A stretch of DNA of 63,034 bases, the filler included, from Catajapyx aquilonaris (Eukaryota), in NCBI GenBank assembly GCA_000934665.2. It is 4 parts of 4 records of this genome, joined end to end, with 100 filler letters (N's around TTAATTAATTAA, not from the genome) between each part and the next. Parts side by side here need not be neighbours in the genome. Positions count along the whole stretch, not along the records: positions 1 to 15,677 come from KZ539684.1; positions 15,778 to 31,472 come from JYFJ02007428.1; 2 more parts are not named here. One strand, given 5' to 3'. Under the pieces are notes generated by a model, which saw nothing but the letters and a program-made list of their open reading frames with translations, ran no database searches and had not been told where the DNA came from. The translations under genes were made by a program, and so were the position numbers. Of this stretch, positions 13,594 to 28,225 are shown one piece after another. The number at the start of each line of letters is the position of its first letter. The first letter of the stretch is position 1.

Positions 13594-15034
13594 TCAGTAC
13601 AAAAATAATATATTAAACCTCTGTACAAGCCAGGAATAATAATTTTCAATATGTGTATTTTCCGGTTAAATTCTGACCTATCCCAACAGGCAGTGTTAAG
13701 CACTGCAGTTGTCGCCACGTCAGCTGAAATGTCAGCCTGAGGTAAATGTCAACTCCAGTAAAAGAAACTTGACGTCTCCGAGTCAACTCAGCTCGTATTT
13801 GATTTTCCTTCAGCTTAACATACTGTAACGTGATGGCAGGTTATGAATGTACCTATTGACCCATTTATGCACAAAGCTTCTCTCTTTTTTTTTGCACTCC
13901 AGGGATATATTTTTGTGTATTATATTCCCCCCCTTGATCCCGAGTGAGAGGCCCGATCCAGTTGGCATTTTTCCCTAGGCGACAATAGGTCGCAATGACA
14001 CTCGAATAGAGCGACTTTTTTTCTGGTGTAAAACTTTTTGGTGGTTGGAGAAGAAGAATAAGAAACAGCCTGATCCTTTCTCAAACGTTGCATGACTTTA
14101 GAAATTGAGCTGGCGTGTGTAGGACGAAGAAGAAGAAAAAAATGCAGGAGAAAAACGTTGCCTTAATATCCACTCTGGTAGCCCCCCCTCAAAACATCGA
14201 AAGAAGCTCCGATCAGAAGAAGGAGGGGGGTTTGTGGGGGTCCGCAGAGTTAGTAGGGGGGTACCCCCCAAAAAAAGCGTGCGTGTGCGGAAAGATAAAG
14301 CTCAGGCCCGTCTGGCGGCTTCCCATTCATGAGATGCCACTCGGATGACTTATCTCGTATACAGACCGAGTTTTTGGGGGTTGCGACCGAGGTATTTTAT
14401 AACCTTTTGCTACTGTATAGGGGCTTTGATCCTTTTCCCATTTATGACAGGAATGCTGCTTTTGGAGGAGAGGGTGGTGGGGGGTGGGGGAGGCTTGGAG
14501 GAGGACTTAGCCTCAATCTGTGGGTGTGAGGAAGAAAAGCTGTATCTTGAGCCCGCGAATTGTGGCTCAGAAGGATTTGATTTCTGCCCAAGAAATTGAG
14601 GCTTTATTGCATTNGGGGGGGGAGCTAACCAGATTTTCGGCACAATGCCAGGCTTCCTGGCTGTTACATTTTATTGCACGCAAACTGTATATCAACCACG
14701 GACAGTTCTAGTCTGTTGAAGGTATGTGGAAAAAAAGTGAGCATATCCTATGGTAATCAAGTGGAATTTAAATCCCTTCAATGGATATGGGCAAGAGCAT
14801 AATATGAAACGACAAGACGATATTGTCAAAACCAACATATTATCATAATTTTTTTTGCAAATAACAAAAAAAACATCGTGCCCACATCACACATAATGTA
14901 ATAAATGTGGCATTTGGGTTAATCCGCGCTGCGGTTCATTCGATGTAAATAGGGGATAACCGTGCATTAACAAATTGAATTGCACGTGACTCGTGAATAA
15001 ACACTGTTTGTCACTTGCAAGTGCGACGGATCTA

Positions 15035-15213
15035 CAGGGTGGTACAGCACTAAAATAACTAGGCGGATTATTGCAATTACAGGGTGTTCCAATTCTATAA
15101 TAAAGTTGATTTGAGCTAATTATATTTATTTTTAAGAAGTTAACTTTTAGTGCCGAATTAAGTCGAATTAAACCTAACTTTTGATTCCTGAATTTGGGCA
15201 GTCCACCACCCTG
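15035..15213. mobile_element. Short mariner-type MITE relic
   Basis: TA|CAGGGTGGT...ACCACCCTG|TA; short TIR only. Confidence 0.45.
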
Positions 15214-15677
15214 TAGATGCACACGCGCACATTGCACCCCTCCCTTTCCGCAAAAAAAAATGCATCAGTGACGGTGGGTGCACACGATGTGTCAAAAACA
15301 ACCGAAAATATCGATTAGTCATTTCTCACTCGGTCCGTCATTAACCTGTTTGAGCAGTGGTTATGGGTGAGGGCCTCTCTCTCTCTCTCTCGGCAAGCAA
15401 GCAAACCCATGGGTGGAAAAGAGAGGAGTAGGGTTAGGGGAGCAATCCACAGCTCGTTTGTCTTGAGCACTTAAAGCCCGTCACCATTTTCCATGATGGC
15501 CTGTAAAACAATGACCCTCGGGCTTCCACATCGGAGCAAAAGGGAACACCCTCTCTCTTTTGAGCAGGCTTCTGGGCTCATCTTCAAGCCTAGACCCCGC
15601 CTGAATCCTTTGCGAAAAGCATATCGGTAAGCCTTTCGCCTTAATTTGCCGACATAAATCTCCGGGCTGTCATAGAG

Positions 15678-15777
15678 NNNNNNNNNNNNNNNNNNNNNNN
15701 NNNNNNNNNNNNNNNNNNNNNTTAATTAATTAANNNNNNNNNNNNNNNNNNNNNNNNNNNNNNNNNNNNNNNNNNNN
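15678..15777. other. Artificial contig linker
   Basis: 44 N + TTAATTAATTAA (stops in all six frames) + 44 N. Confidence 0.97.
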
Positions 15778-16233
15778 ATAAACATGTCCGTAACCCGGCA
15801 GCGCCCAGGATTACCAACACATAAACACAAAAGCACATAAACAGTCGCGACATTACTTTTGCGGTCAATAGTACTGCTAAGTTAGCAGTAACTCGTAGTA
15901 CGACGAAAATTCCACCGTTCGAAATTAAATAGGAAGTTAGTCATCAGTTATTTTCACTCATTTGCCAAGCACAGGGCCGTTTCGCGACCCGTCCGCGTGA
16001 GAGTGCTAGCGCCGCGTCCGATACGGTACCGTATTGGGTAGTGTGACGTCACGAAATGGACGCCTGTTTCCAAGCCTGGTAAGCCCTGGGGTTGGAACGC
16101 GGAGTCGACTCAACCCCGCGGATGTTCGACATTATGCATACGGATCGGGCTCAACCCCGGGGTTAACCCCAACCCGCTCTCAACCCGGGGTTACTCAACC
16201 CCGGGTTGAGAATGTCCATTATGAATACGGGCC
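15778..16233. mobile_element. Truncated PIF/Harbinger-like MITE (right end only)
   Basis: Repeated AACCCCGGGGTT palindromic motifs ending ATGAATACGGGCC followed by TTAA; left end not seen, probably lost at the contig edge. Confidence 0.5.
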
Positions 16234-19200
16234 TTAATATTTAGTTTGATTTGATTTTTAATTTTGTTTAAATTTTTTATTATTTGTAATGAAATTTTTT
16301 TACATTTCAATTACCTAGCAACGAAACAGTCCTGGAAACAAGGCATAGTGCTGGAAACATGTCACCATGTGGAAACAGTGTTGGAAATACACAGCTTTTG
16401 GATCTTCCTTCAAGCTGATATTGGATTTTCCATATCTTTTACGCGTTATTCCGCCAGGCCCAATGCATCAGCCCGTGTACAGGCCGCATTACCGGCTTAT
16501 TAAACCCTAGTTGCAAGCTCCCCCCCCATTTTTATCGCATCGATTCCTGCAGCAGTAAACATCTCATAAGCAAGAAATATGGGAGGTCCCCATCCTAAGC
16601 CAAGCCCGGAAAAGGTGAAGCCCATAAAGTTTGAAAAGGGGGTGAGTGGATAGAAGGGGTAAGGTCTCTCTCACCTGCCACACTGCGCCAAAATCTTCAT
16701 TCCCAGCTTCCAGATAATAATATCCCCCCCCCCCCCCCTGCTAGANGAGAAGCCACGCAAAGTTTGATTTAGCACAAATTTTCTCGGCTCCTTCAAGCCT
16801 CGCCGATTCCAATTTCTGCCTGTCCTACATACTACGACAGAACGTTCTCTCTCTAGCTCCACTCCTTTTTCTCCTTTTTTGCTTTTTTTTTACTGGCGAA
16901 AAGTACTTGGTATAAAAAAGTTTTGAGGAGGTACAATGGCGATGTTTGTGCAAACATGCCCAACGCACCTTCAGAAGAGGCTCTCCATATCCGATCCTCC
17001 TTTCGATTCACTGGACTTCGATTTGATTTCGCGACTTTTCCTCCATGAATAACAGCCTGCTTTTGGGAGGGCGAATATTACATGTGATTCACTTCGAACT
17101 TGCTATTACAATAGACCTCCCGGAAAATGTCGATATATTATGGATGTAATATCTCTTCGGAACAAGTTTCTATATTACAATGATAAAACCGTCAGATTAT
17201 AATGTTCTGTGAGAAATCCCCGGCACCTAATTTGTATTGAAATTAGCGTAGATTTTTAGGGACTCATTTATACTAATTAGTAAACATGAGTCCACATACT
17301 ATAGGGAAATGTTGGACACGTATATAACCAGGCCCCCCGGATCCTCTGCTCATTTCGGGACGCAAATGAGTGAGGATTAGCAATTGAGAATTGACAGGCC
17401 TACTTAGTTTCGACAACAATACATTAATTGCCATGTTCACTACACGGATCTGGAACGAGGAGTAAAAAAAGCGGGGTATTACTCCTCCCTGGACTTTCTA
17501 TTAAAATGTGATCAACAGGCTGATCCGCAAAGTGAAATCGTAATCCCATTGGCGTCGCTGGGTTTTTTTTTGCAGGCAAAGAATTATCATAGAAGTAGCA
17601 ATATTTTAACACCGACCTTTTTATTAAGCTGTTACCCTTTATTTAAAATTATTTAATAAGAGCAGTCAAAAGAGTGTGAAGTAATGATTAGGTTGAAGAC
17701 ATCGGCCTTTCAAGCCCCTGAATTAAAGGATTTCCGAACTTTAAGACATTTGGGATGGCCCACTTGGGGCCATTGCAATCCGACATCAATGGTTATGTTC
17801 CCTTCTTTGAAGACTAAACCCACGGGAGCACTCAATAAAAATATTATTTTCATTCAACCTATAATACTATACACGTAACCCACTACTTAAATATAACAGC
17901 CTTGTTTTGTACTTGAAACAAATGGAGCAGGAGCAAACCGAATCATATAGTGACAATAAGTGAATTCAGTGTAACTTCAAATATAACTATGCAAAGATGT
18001 ATAATAATGTTTTTTGTGAAAGTGCATTTTTTGAGAGATGTGCTCTGATAGTTCTAAGCACTATTTATTAATAGAAGTCGTAACCACTAGAGTCATAACA
18101 ATAACTTCCCAAGGCTTCTCGTCAGGTTCAGATATTTAATGAGGCCTGTTAGAAAGAGCAAATTACACATCCAATCACTGTGTTTTTAACTGCCCGGGAC
18201 ACCATCCCTTGTTATGGCTGTTAATTTATCGCAGGAAGTACTTCAACAAAGTTCCGGCCATATAACCTGGAGATGTCCATAATTCCGTAATAATCGGGCT
18301 CCCAAAAAAATAATATTTTTAAAAAAGAAGGAAGAGTGTTTGAATCACTACAGAGCCTGTGGGGGTTGTCGGAAGCAAAATTAATGACGTTGGCTCAAAA
18401 TGGAGGCCTTTTCTTGTCATCTCTCTCGTAATTTATCAACTGTGTAACCTGGCGGCAATGAAGGGCTCCATAATATCGAAGCTTGTATCGTAACTACTAA
18501 AAAGGAGTATAAAAAATTTTATTTAAAGTACTGGCTTAGTACAGAGAGATGACGATGTAGATTTTGCAACGAACCCTGCAAAGCCCGGATTTTGATCTCA
18601 GCATTGTCCGGAGCATTATCACGTTGAATGGTATTACGCTCGAATAGAGTGCAAGTACAGTAAGGTACTTACACTGGTAACATGAAATATGAGCACAATT
18701 ATTATGGGCGACGGCGCTTGCTGGAATCATCAGTGCCGTAATAACAATGAGGGCTTGAATAGTATTAATTACGTAGTAATAATTACAGCCAGCGCTAACT
18801 ACTAATTAGCATATTGTACAAGTGGGCTGCAGTAAAGTGTTTGACCTACTTTGTACGAATTGTAATAATTTCATGGTTGCAATAGTCATTAATAGAATAT
18901 TGGCTCTGTACATCTGTATTCCCGCAGTGAGTCATCAGTATATAGTGTGCCATATATGTGAGATCTAGAGTCATCGTATGCAGCATGTGAATCACGAAAA
19001 TTAACCACTGCAGCATAATTGGCAAAAAATAGCCAATTTCATTTACGCAGTACAGACCACGAGCAGCAAGAATTCACAATTTTTTGATTCGCAAATAAAT
19101 GATGGGAAGGGTCGTTATAGCTTCTTGATTGCTTCCAGCTGTTAATTTTCTTATGCTCTCCTGCCTGTTAATTACGTTCTAGATTTAGAACCTGTCATCT

Positions 19201-19487
19201 AAACATCTCCTTAGAACAAGCTTCACGAAAATAAGTTAATTGGAATGGAGCTCCCCCCCCCCCCCTTCAGAGGTACAAGGTTTTCGAGTAATCAGGAGTC
19301 TCCCCCTTTAATGAAAACCCTTTCACAATGCTTTTTCTCTTTCTCATCGTGCAGCTGACGAATCGGACGTATCAGGGTTTTTTAAAAAAAAATCTATGAT
19401 CGTAATATTTACTTCAGAATATAACTTACTAGTAAACCCCTTGCCAAAACTTGGAAAAACTGTCAATGTATTACCATTCGCTCACAT

Positions 19488-19576
19488 AGATGGCGCATCC
19501 TCCCTCTCTGCACACTTCTGCCAATCTCAGGGTCGTGGAACTTGTTTATGACTCACCCCGGACAAACAGAGGCGCA
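19488..19576 (+). repeat. Dispersed repeat fragment, second copy at 23631-23730
   Basis: Shared AGATGGCGCA...TCAGGGTCGT...ATGACTCAC...GGACAAACAGAGGC in the same order. Confidence 0.55.
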
Positions 19577-20322
19577 TGATCAATTCAATTGTTATTGATA
19601 TTGAAAAGGTGCAGTTTTTTTTTTGAAAACTATACGCTCCATTTATAAGAGGTGCACATTTTTATCTACTTTGTTAGGAACAGCTTCCACAAAATAATCG
19701 TAAAAGGCGACTTTACTCAATTCGCGAAAAAAAATCCCAACGCTCTCTCTGCAACCCGCAAATAAACAGACCGAACAAAGCCACACCCGAATCTGCGAAA
19801 CAACAACAATGTTCGCGTAACGAAAAGTACGGAAAGAATTACACAAGTAAGATAGCGGATGGGGCCTGAATAATAATGTCACCTGCAGATTCCCAGAAGC
19901 CTCGCCCATTTCTCAAGCCTTGTCTTCTTGAGATGTAAATAGGCCTTGTGAAGCTATTCAACATGCAATTATTCACTCCCGCGCCTTCGCTAGGGCATAT
20001 ATTAATGCAATTTACTCTCTCCCTCATGGTGAATATTTCCCGGCGACAATGTCTTCGCAAGCGTCACAGTTGCCAGCAAGGGTTTGCATTGTTCCGCCCC
20101 TAATACAGGGTGGCCCCGCAACAATACGTCCTGCAGGGTGAACTAGTGGGGTCCAGACGACCACTTTAAGTCGAGGTGTCGTACGGTCTCCGGGATGTTC
20201 GTTACTTAGGAAATGGGCTTCAAACGGGTACGAAATTGTACCTGACTCTCCATGCAGCCTTGTTATGTATTCCATTTGAAATATTTGAGAACTACTGGTG
20301 AAGTCCTTGCCAAAACCTATAC

Positions 20323-20876
20323 AAATAAAACTAATATTCTTGTAACCACGACCAAAATAACTGCTTAAAACAAAACTAAAGTTCACATAACCACCGAATA
20401 GTGACTGTTTGAAATAAAACTAACATTTTATAGCCACCACAAGTAACTGCTTAAGATAAGCTAATTAACCACCAAAAATGGAACTGTTTAAAATAATTCT
20501 ATTATTAATATAACAACAGGAAAGTAAAGCTTTACGTATAAAATTAACACTCATAACGTCCAAAAGTAACTGCTTAAAAATAAAGCCAAAATATTATTAA
20601 CCACCCAAAATTTAACTTTCTACAAAGCTAATATTAATAACCATCTTAAAAGTAACTTCTTAACATAAAACTAATTTTTAACTACGAAAAGTAACAGCTT
20701 AAATTAAAGCCAATGATATTTTACAGCCACCAAAATGTAACTGTTTAAAACAAAGCTGCAGTAATATTAATAACCACATAAAAGCAACGGCGTAACACCA
20801 AACTAATGTTTATTAGCATCATAAGTGCTTACTAATGTTTCATGACCACCGAAAAGTAACTGCTTAAAATAAGCGG
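20323..20876. repeat. Degenerate AT-rich minisatellite, ~43-bp unit, roughly a dozen copies
   Basis: Recurring AAATAAAACTAATATT..TAACCACC..AAAGTAACTGCTT. Confidence 0.85.
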
Positions 20877-21979
20877 CTTACCCAAAAATTCAGAGTAGGA
20901 ATAACATCCTGCGAATATAAATCTGTGGGAAAACCTCGTAAGAGAATCAGATCCTTCATCCACCAGGCAAAAAGGGAGGGAGGGGGGGGGGGGGAAGNAT
21001 CGTGATGAGTGAGACAAGGTCCCCCATGGGCGACTACAAATCCAATAGTCTCCCAGCTTCGATCAGGAGTATGCCGGAGGGAGAGGGAGAGGGGTGTGGA
21101 ATATAGTCTTTCTCTATAGTATACAATCATTCTCTCTGGAGAACCGACCGATCCCCCCCTTTTCCTGGTAATTACTGGGGGAGGGTTCGAAAAGCCTGAT
21201 ATCACGGAGAGGAAAGTCTCTCCAAATGGACCCCTGTGTTTAGAAGATTTGTATCGGCTAAGTACTTTCTTCGCCCAATGACACGCAGGGTATTCGGAAA
21301 CACCTGATGTCGACACCCTTGTAAATAAATGGATATTATTATTTTTTTACCTGTACAACCATTTTTTAATTTACTCATTGAATTGTGCGAATCGACAAAC
21401 CAGTGTCAAACCGATGCATTGGCTTTCTCCATCTTTTTTTCCCCCCCTTCGCCAAACTTGAAGTCCATCATAAGGCACTTCACTGTTGGATATCGACAAC
21501 CGATAAATCGAGAACCAATGCAAGCGAAGAAAAAAAAAAGAAGTTCCGTGACGCAATGTTCGATTTGTAGTCTGCCAGTCTATTCACAGTGTGTTTCAAA
21601 AATCTTCAACTGATGAAATCTTAGAACACGTCTATTCACCAGGGTCGTGCACAACTTTCAGTGATATTCAGCCCTAAGCTGCTCAGTTTAAAGCCGTTAC
21701 TTTTAAACCGTTAGTGCTAGCAGTTATTAGTATTAACTGCTAATATTAGGTCGGATTTAATTGCCTTATTACAAACATTGAATTGAAATATTTTCTGATT
21801 GAGAATGACCCCATTACACCATTTCCCATTGAACGTCATTATTTGCAGGGTATACCACGTAACTAATGTAAACTAATATTGTACTAAATGTATCTACATT
21901 AAAACGCAGCTTCAATTAGTATTAATAATCGCGCACATGTTACATACTGAGTGGAGTTTTGTGCATTAAGCTGCTTATA

Positions 21980-22300
21980 CAGGGTGTTTCAACTTTTTGT
22001 CCGAACAGTTATCGGAAAAATGAACGTAGCTGCTACTTTGTGAGCAGTGACTTGCAAACGGTGATTTTTCGGAGGAACGGGGAATATTCCCTGCTAATGG
22101 TAGGTTGAAGTGGCCCGCAGAAAATTGAGGGTCAAGTCTGGAAAAAATAGGTTCACACATGCCATGGGATGTGTGACCCTCTTTTTCCCCATTCCCCATT
22201 CCTCCGACAAATCACAGGTTTCAAGTCACTGCTTACAAAGTAGCAGGTACGTGCAATTGTCCGATATAAACTGTTCGGACAAAAAAGTCGAAACATCCTG
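21980..22300. mobile_element. Tc1/mariner MITE
   Basis: TA|CAGGGTGTTTCAACTTTTTGTCCGAACAGTT...AACTGTTCGGACAAAAAAGTCGAAACATCCTG|TA; ~95 bp imperfect arms. Confidence 0.85.
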
Positions 22301-23124
22301 TATTCATCCGTTTACTTATGTCAGTTACCATAAGTATTAGCTGCTAATATTATGATGAAAACTTTTGCCATGTATAGCTGGTGTTGGTGGTACACTTTGT
22401 GCTAATATGAGTAGCTAATATTCACTACAAACTCTTTAAAAATAAACCGCTTAACCGCTAAGGGCATTTCTATTGGCACACCCTGTGTTTTGTTCCCTTC
22501 AAGACGATTGGACTTGAGATTGCTCATTAAGAAAGAGCCGTAACTCTCGCGACAGGGGCGCCTCAATTTCGCAAAGAAAAACTATTTTTTTGGCGAGAGG
22601 TGTCAGCTCGTGCCAGCCAATCCAGACTGGACTACTTCAGAGAAGAAGAAGGTCGGTTATAAAAGAAACTAGACCATTCCTTTAAAGAAGAAGAAGAAAA
22701 AAGAAGGACCAAGGTGACGAAATTAAATCACCTGGTTGGTGTATCTGTATGTTGAGGCGACAAAAAAAACTTCTTTTTTTCCAGCTGTAATCAACGTCTC
22801 ATTTAGAACAATGCAGTCCTGTTAGCGTCTAAAGTAGAGAGCGGGTGTTTCCTAAATGACCAACCTTCTGGTGCAAAGCACTCGAATGGGACTCGAGGGA
22901 GAGTCAAAAGGACCCAGCCAACCTCGACTGCAACGACAAGTAACGAGCCAGAGTTTCAAGAGGACGCCCGCTCATTAGCCTCAAAAAAGTAACTTTAAAG
23001 ACAAAAAAAAAGAAAAATCCGGAAAGAATAAGAGGAAAATCCAGTTTTGGTGCGGGTTCAGCAAAATTCCTGTGCTTTTCTATGCTACAATAAGTTTTAG
23101 ATGTAACACATAGCACGTTTTCCG

Positions 23125-23370
23125 ATTCCAAGGTTCAACAGCTATGGGAAAAGAGATATTTAATTGCTTATGTTAGCTTGTTTGTAGGAATCTACCTAGC
23201 CTATCAAATAGATCTGAACAACAAGTGCGTAAGTCAGTTTCAATGTAGCATAGCCAGTTTTCTGATTCCATGTGCTATGGAGAAAAATATTAATTGTTCA
23301 TGGGGGAGCTTGTTTTGTAGGAATGTACCTAGCCTGTCAAAACCTATGAACACCATGATCAGATAGGGGC
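23125..23370. repeat. Diverged tandem duplication (~130 bp unit)
   Basis: GCTATGG..AATTG..ATG..AGCTTGTTTGTAGGAAT.TACCTAGCCT.TCAAA present twice. Confidence 0.75.
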
Positions 23371-26300
23371 ATAGTCACATGTGTGCAAATTCTGTCAAAT
23401 TATCATGCAAAGTGTTCAGCTACACAATGCACCATCGGTTGTAAAGCGAGGCGTATTGTGTTCTGTAAAATTTGTTGACACATCCGCAGAGCCACCCCTT
23501 ACAATTGGTAACGGGGATGTCATCGCAGCGAAAGGTCCTTCTCCAGAGGGGTGTGACATGGGTAATGAGCAATTACGTTAAGTGTCGAGAGAGGATTGTG
23601 ATCGATAGCAAAAAAATGACGTTTACACAGAGATGGCGCAAAAATGGCTCGCAAACTGTGCTCCACAAAAAGATTTGACTCCTGCAACTTTCAGGGTCGT
23701 AATGACTCACGCTGGACAAACAGAGGCACAAACTCGAGCCTATTTTTGGCCCACTCTAGAAACACCTACTAACACGGCTATAAAAGCTGCATAGAAGCCA
23801 AGTGCATTCCGGGGACAACAAAGAGAGAGAGACCCTAGTCCACTGCCCTCCCGTAGCACCATTATTGCCTTTAGTTCCAGGAAAGGTGTCAGGGAGTGTA
23901 TAATAGGACCTTGCTCTATAATTATCAAGTGCCTCACTTTGTACCACGGTGATTGCTGGTGGAGAAAGGGAGAAAAGGAAGCAAAACAACTCGCACGGTG
24001 CCTCATCACCAGTTGGGGCAACCATGGACCTTTTCATCTAAAATTTTCATATACTTAACTTTTACTAGCAGGGGACCCGTTCTTCTCACGGTGATTGATA
24101 AAGAAAAGAAATGTGCCATAATATTACCGCCGATGAGACCCCAAACAAACAAATTATCTATATTTTGGATATTTAGACTCAAAAAGTGCATGTTTTGGAC
24201 TTTTACCTACATCAGTGGCACGTAAGAAGTCAGTGTGCCAACTTTCTACCCTCTCAGTATACCGGAAGTGGCTTACGTAGCCGTGACGTACATAAATACC
24301 AACAAACTTTCCGCTTTATATATAACTTATATGAAAATTACGTAAAGGGTTAAATATTTCGTCCACATGTCACACAATTTCGTAACAGTAGCTGACAACA
24401 TGAAGAGTTTCACTATTGAGTTGTTTAAAAAAAATGTCGCCTGTCCGGACACATGTCATCATCGCAAAAAAAAAAAAATCTGTCCGCCCACGTGGGTTGC
24501 CTGGTTAGGGAATAAAATCAATAGAACTCCTTCGCCGTGATAAAGTCAAACGATTCGTATTTATAGACCCGGCCTAAAAATATGAATGAGGCGGCTCAGG
24601 TTTGAACAGCGCGGCCTTACATACATTGTAATTCATACGTGTGTGTGTGTGTATGGCGCATCGATTGTTTTCTTGAGTCCGAAAGACGTTGGCAGATGGC
24701 TCCACCGTGCAACAGCCGCACCCTTAATATTCGAACTGATTTGTAAAAAAATTATTTATTAATTAAACAAGTTCAGGAGACTTACACAGTATGTTTAATA
24801 TTTTTTGATTCTGTTCTCTTTTTTCTTAAAAAAAATTGAGACGTGAATCACGTTGAAACGACCTACAGCTGCAAGGGTCCGCATGCGGCATATCGGCCTA
24901 TAAATAATGCAGCGTAGGCCTATTCTGACGTGTGTGCTGCTGTATAGTGCTGCATATACACTGGTTTTTTGTTATTCATCTCTGATTTTTCGGGGTATGT
25001 CGCAAAAAAAATTTGCGACTCAGGTCTTGGCAAACACAGCACATGCACAAGAATAGGCGGGTTATGTAACTTTTGTCAGACGACGGTGATGTCAGACCGC
25101 TGACATATTCTTGGAGACAATTGTATTTTAATGCATGTCATTGAAAGGGAAGATTGGATGTCAGGATAAAGGTCGCGTACCTGAGGAGGTCATCTGTCAA
25201 GGTGTAGTCAATATACTGATTTTTTTGGCCAAGAGTTATGGTTGCTATACTGATGTGGTCTAAAATAACAATTGTAAAACTAGTACAAAAGCAGTAGCAT
25301 TAAAAACTGCCGAATGATAGCCGCATATTCATTTACGTTATACGTTCAACTTACTGCAAAAAAAAATCAATTACAGTTCGCCGACTCATGAATTTATAGT
25401 CGCATGTTGCGAACGGTTGCAAAAAGGCCTGAGAAAAAAAATGAATGGACATGCACTCAATTTAAAATTGCAATAGCGGTACACATCACATACGCTCGCC
25501 ATGGGTAAAAAAATTGTCTCTGACAAGAGTTGACTGTGAAATCCAAACGTCGCAAATCGATATTAAAATTAACAGCAACCCGCACTTTGAAAAAGGGAAT
25601 GTGTAAATATTAAAAATTGCTTGCCAGATCAAAGTGCATGAAAGATAACTTACAGCCCAAAAAAATGCAATTTTATGCAACATACGCCCCCACATGTTAT
25701 TTGATTCAAACTGATTCCGAATATTTTGAAAACATCTTTAAATTAGATTAATCTTCTTCTCGATTTTTTTGTGCTAAATTTGGCATGTAATCTGTTCCTA
25801 TAAAAATTCCCTGCAGGCCAACAGCTTCGAAGGGTAAGCCTCGCAGGATCCGCAGAATAAATTGCGCATTAAGGGTTGCGAAATGCCTTGCAGATTTTCG
25901 CCCCCACTCTTATTATCTACCCTCCAGTTCCGCCAGATGGAACCAAAATCCAATCCCCGCAACCAACCCGCACTGGCCTCTCACGCCACCTACATTCAAG
26001 CCGCAATCAATACCCTCAAAAGTACGGGGAAAAAAAATTCGCACATGCCAAAAACATTATATCAAAAAAACAGAGCATGTTTTTTTAACGATCTGGTTGC
26101 GTGATCGGCCGATTATTCCTGCAGTGATTAATTTTCTGCAAGTCTTACAGTTGTGGCCACACCCTAATTTTCTAATAATTAAATTCTGCTCCATCGGGAA
26201 GGGTTGCTGATGTTAATTGTTGCAAAGGGTAATTCGTCTCGGTGCAAAAAAAAAACTTTAAAAAAATAGGGCGTTCATGAAGGTAGGTCATCGATCAGTT

Positions 26301-28151
26301 TTTTTTCTAACCTTGTCTTTTGTGGGAACGATTTTATTGGACAAACGAGGGGAAGTTCAGGGTCGAATTAATAATTATCGCGGACACAAAAACCGAATCA
26401 TGTCGCCCATCATGCATGCATGAGTTCAATATCGAGTTGCAAATTTTTCGCAACAAAAACGCGGTATAACAAGCAACGCAATTTTGCAAAAATTTGCGGA
26501 CGGTGGTGCGAACTTATTTTGCTGGGGCTGTTTTTCAGATAAAATTAAATGGAATTGAAGACATTATGGGGCGATAATAATGCATGACCTAATTGTTTTC
26601 ATTACATCATCCAGCGGCTCGTGACGGAAACAAGCGGATGCAAAATTGCGGAAAATCGAAAAACGTGCTGATGATTCAATTGCAATTAGCGAACGTGTAT
26701 TAATTGATATACCACAGGACATGACGGTATAAGCTGTGGTTAAATGTTAAAATGAACGTCTATATTAAGCGTTTGCGTTTTTCTAGTTCGGTCGACTCTC
26801 TTCTAGATGGCGCGAATGTTTGCAGCTTTAGACTGCATAGTTTCGTCCCAGGTGTTGGCTTCGTCGGGAGATGGCTGCACTGTTACCAACACCAGTTTTG
26901 TTGCAAATTACTGGAAATAATAGAGGTCAAGGGCATAACCTGATTCATGCAGAAGTTTAATTTAGTATGTGAGGACTCATTACAACATTAACTGTCATTA
27001 AAGAAATACAGCCCACGACACTTCCATCTTCCATCGCAAATTCAAACCGTTATGTTTCATTTATGCTTTTAATATTTTAAATTATAATAGTTATTTTTTT
27101 GTTGGTCAAAATATATTATTAATAATTACACTTTAACCGTTTTTAACATGCCAGGCGACTAAGTTAGATTATGACCTTTGCACTGTTCGTGCGTCAGCCA
27201 TTATAGTGCACTCGGGTATTAGCTAAAATAACCTCCGCAGAACTGCGTAGCTTGCGGTACACTACGCAAATTAGCAATTGCGGCCAAGGCTGAACATATA
27301 AGATATTTAAACGGACTGAGCTTCAAAGGTGTGCGCCTGCTGCACCTGCAATACATCATGTTTTCCGATAATTAGGTGCCCCCGCAGGTGAATAAGGCGC
27401 AATGTCTAGAACTTTCGTGGTATTATGTTACGACCCATGCAATCTATCAAGACGAAGTAACTTGTCATTAAGTTGTCAGACACAGAAAAATAACAAGTGT
27501 TAGCAAGAAAATAAAAGGTACATACTCGCATATTCACCAGGCATTGTCGTCTACACGCTTACCTGCAAAGAAAGGGGGAAAAAATGACATTAGTGTTGAC
27601 CTTTCTGACACAAGATTGCGTTTTAAGTGATATAAAATGCCCAGTCTGGCGATTTGCCACTTCCTTTCTTAAGATTACCTTTCTTCTTGTATACACTTCA
27701 CCAAAAACCCTTACCAACAAGACCTTCTTCCGACCCATTCTCTTAGTTTGGCCAGAAGGGCACCCTCCCCCCCTGGATTGGATTTGCATCGCTTTTCCTA
27801 ATTCGATTTAGCAGCTTGGAAAACGTGCTCGCAGCCGGGAGAAGACTCCTCCTTTAAAGAAAAGAAGAAGAAGAAGCAAACATCCTTCGCCAACTGGGCT
27901 CGAACAATGGACCTTCAAGAATTAATCCGATTTGCCTCAACCTTCTTTTCTTTCTAATTTTTTATGCGCCGGATTCAAATGAGAGCCAGTTGTTGCTTGT
28001 GCCCACTGGTGACATTCCAGGGTGCAAATTAATCCATCCGTTTACTATAATTATAGTCAGGTATTTACGGAATGACACTAATTATATTATTACCATTGTT
28101 GTGGGCAGTGTGTTACGCAGTACATGAGCTGTTATTAATTGAAAGTTTACC

Positions 28152-28225
28152 TCTATTATTATAAAGGGCAAAGTTGGTTCGTTAGTTAGTTTCTCTATTA
28201 TTATAAATGACAAAGTTTGTTTATC
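28152..28225 (+). mobile_element. Two tandem Helitron-like 5' heads
   Basis: CTCTATTATTATAAA.G.CAAAGTT twice; a similar head at about 29184-29250. Confidence 0.4.

Noticed and set aside
15722..15733. TTAATTAATTAA as a biological motif (homeodomain or piggyBac site)
   Set aside because: Centred in N runs at all three joins; synthetic
20323..20876. CRISPR-like array
   Set aside because: Units are contiguous degenerate tandem copies without unique spacers; eukaryotic context and no cas genes
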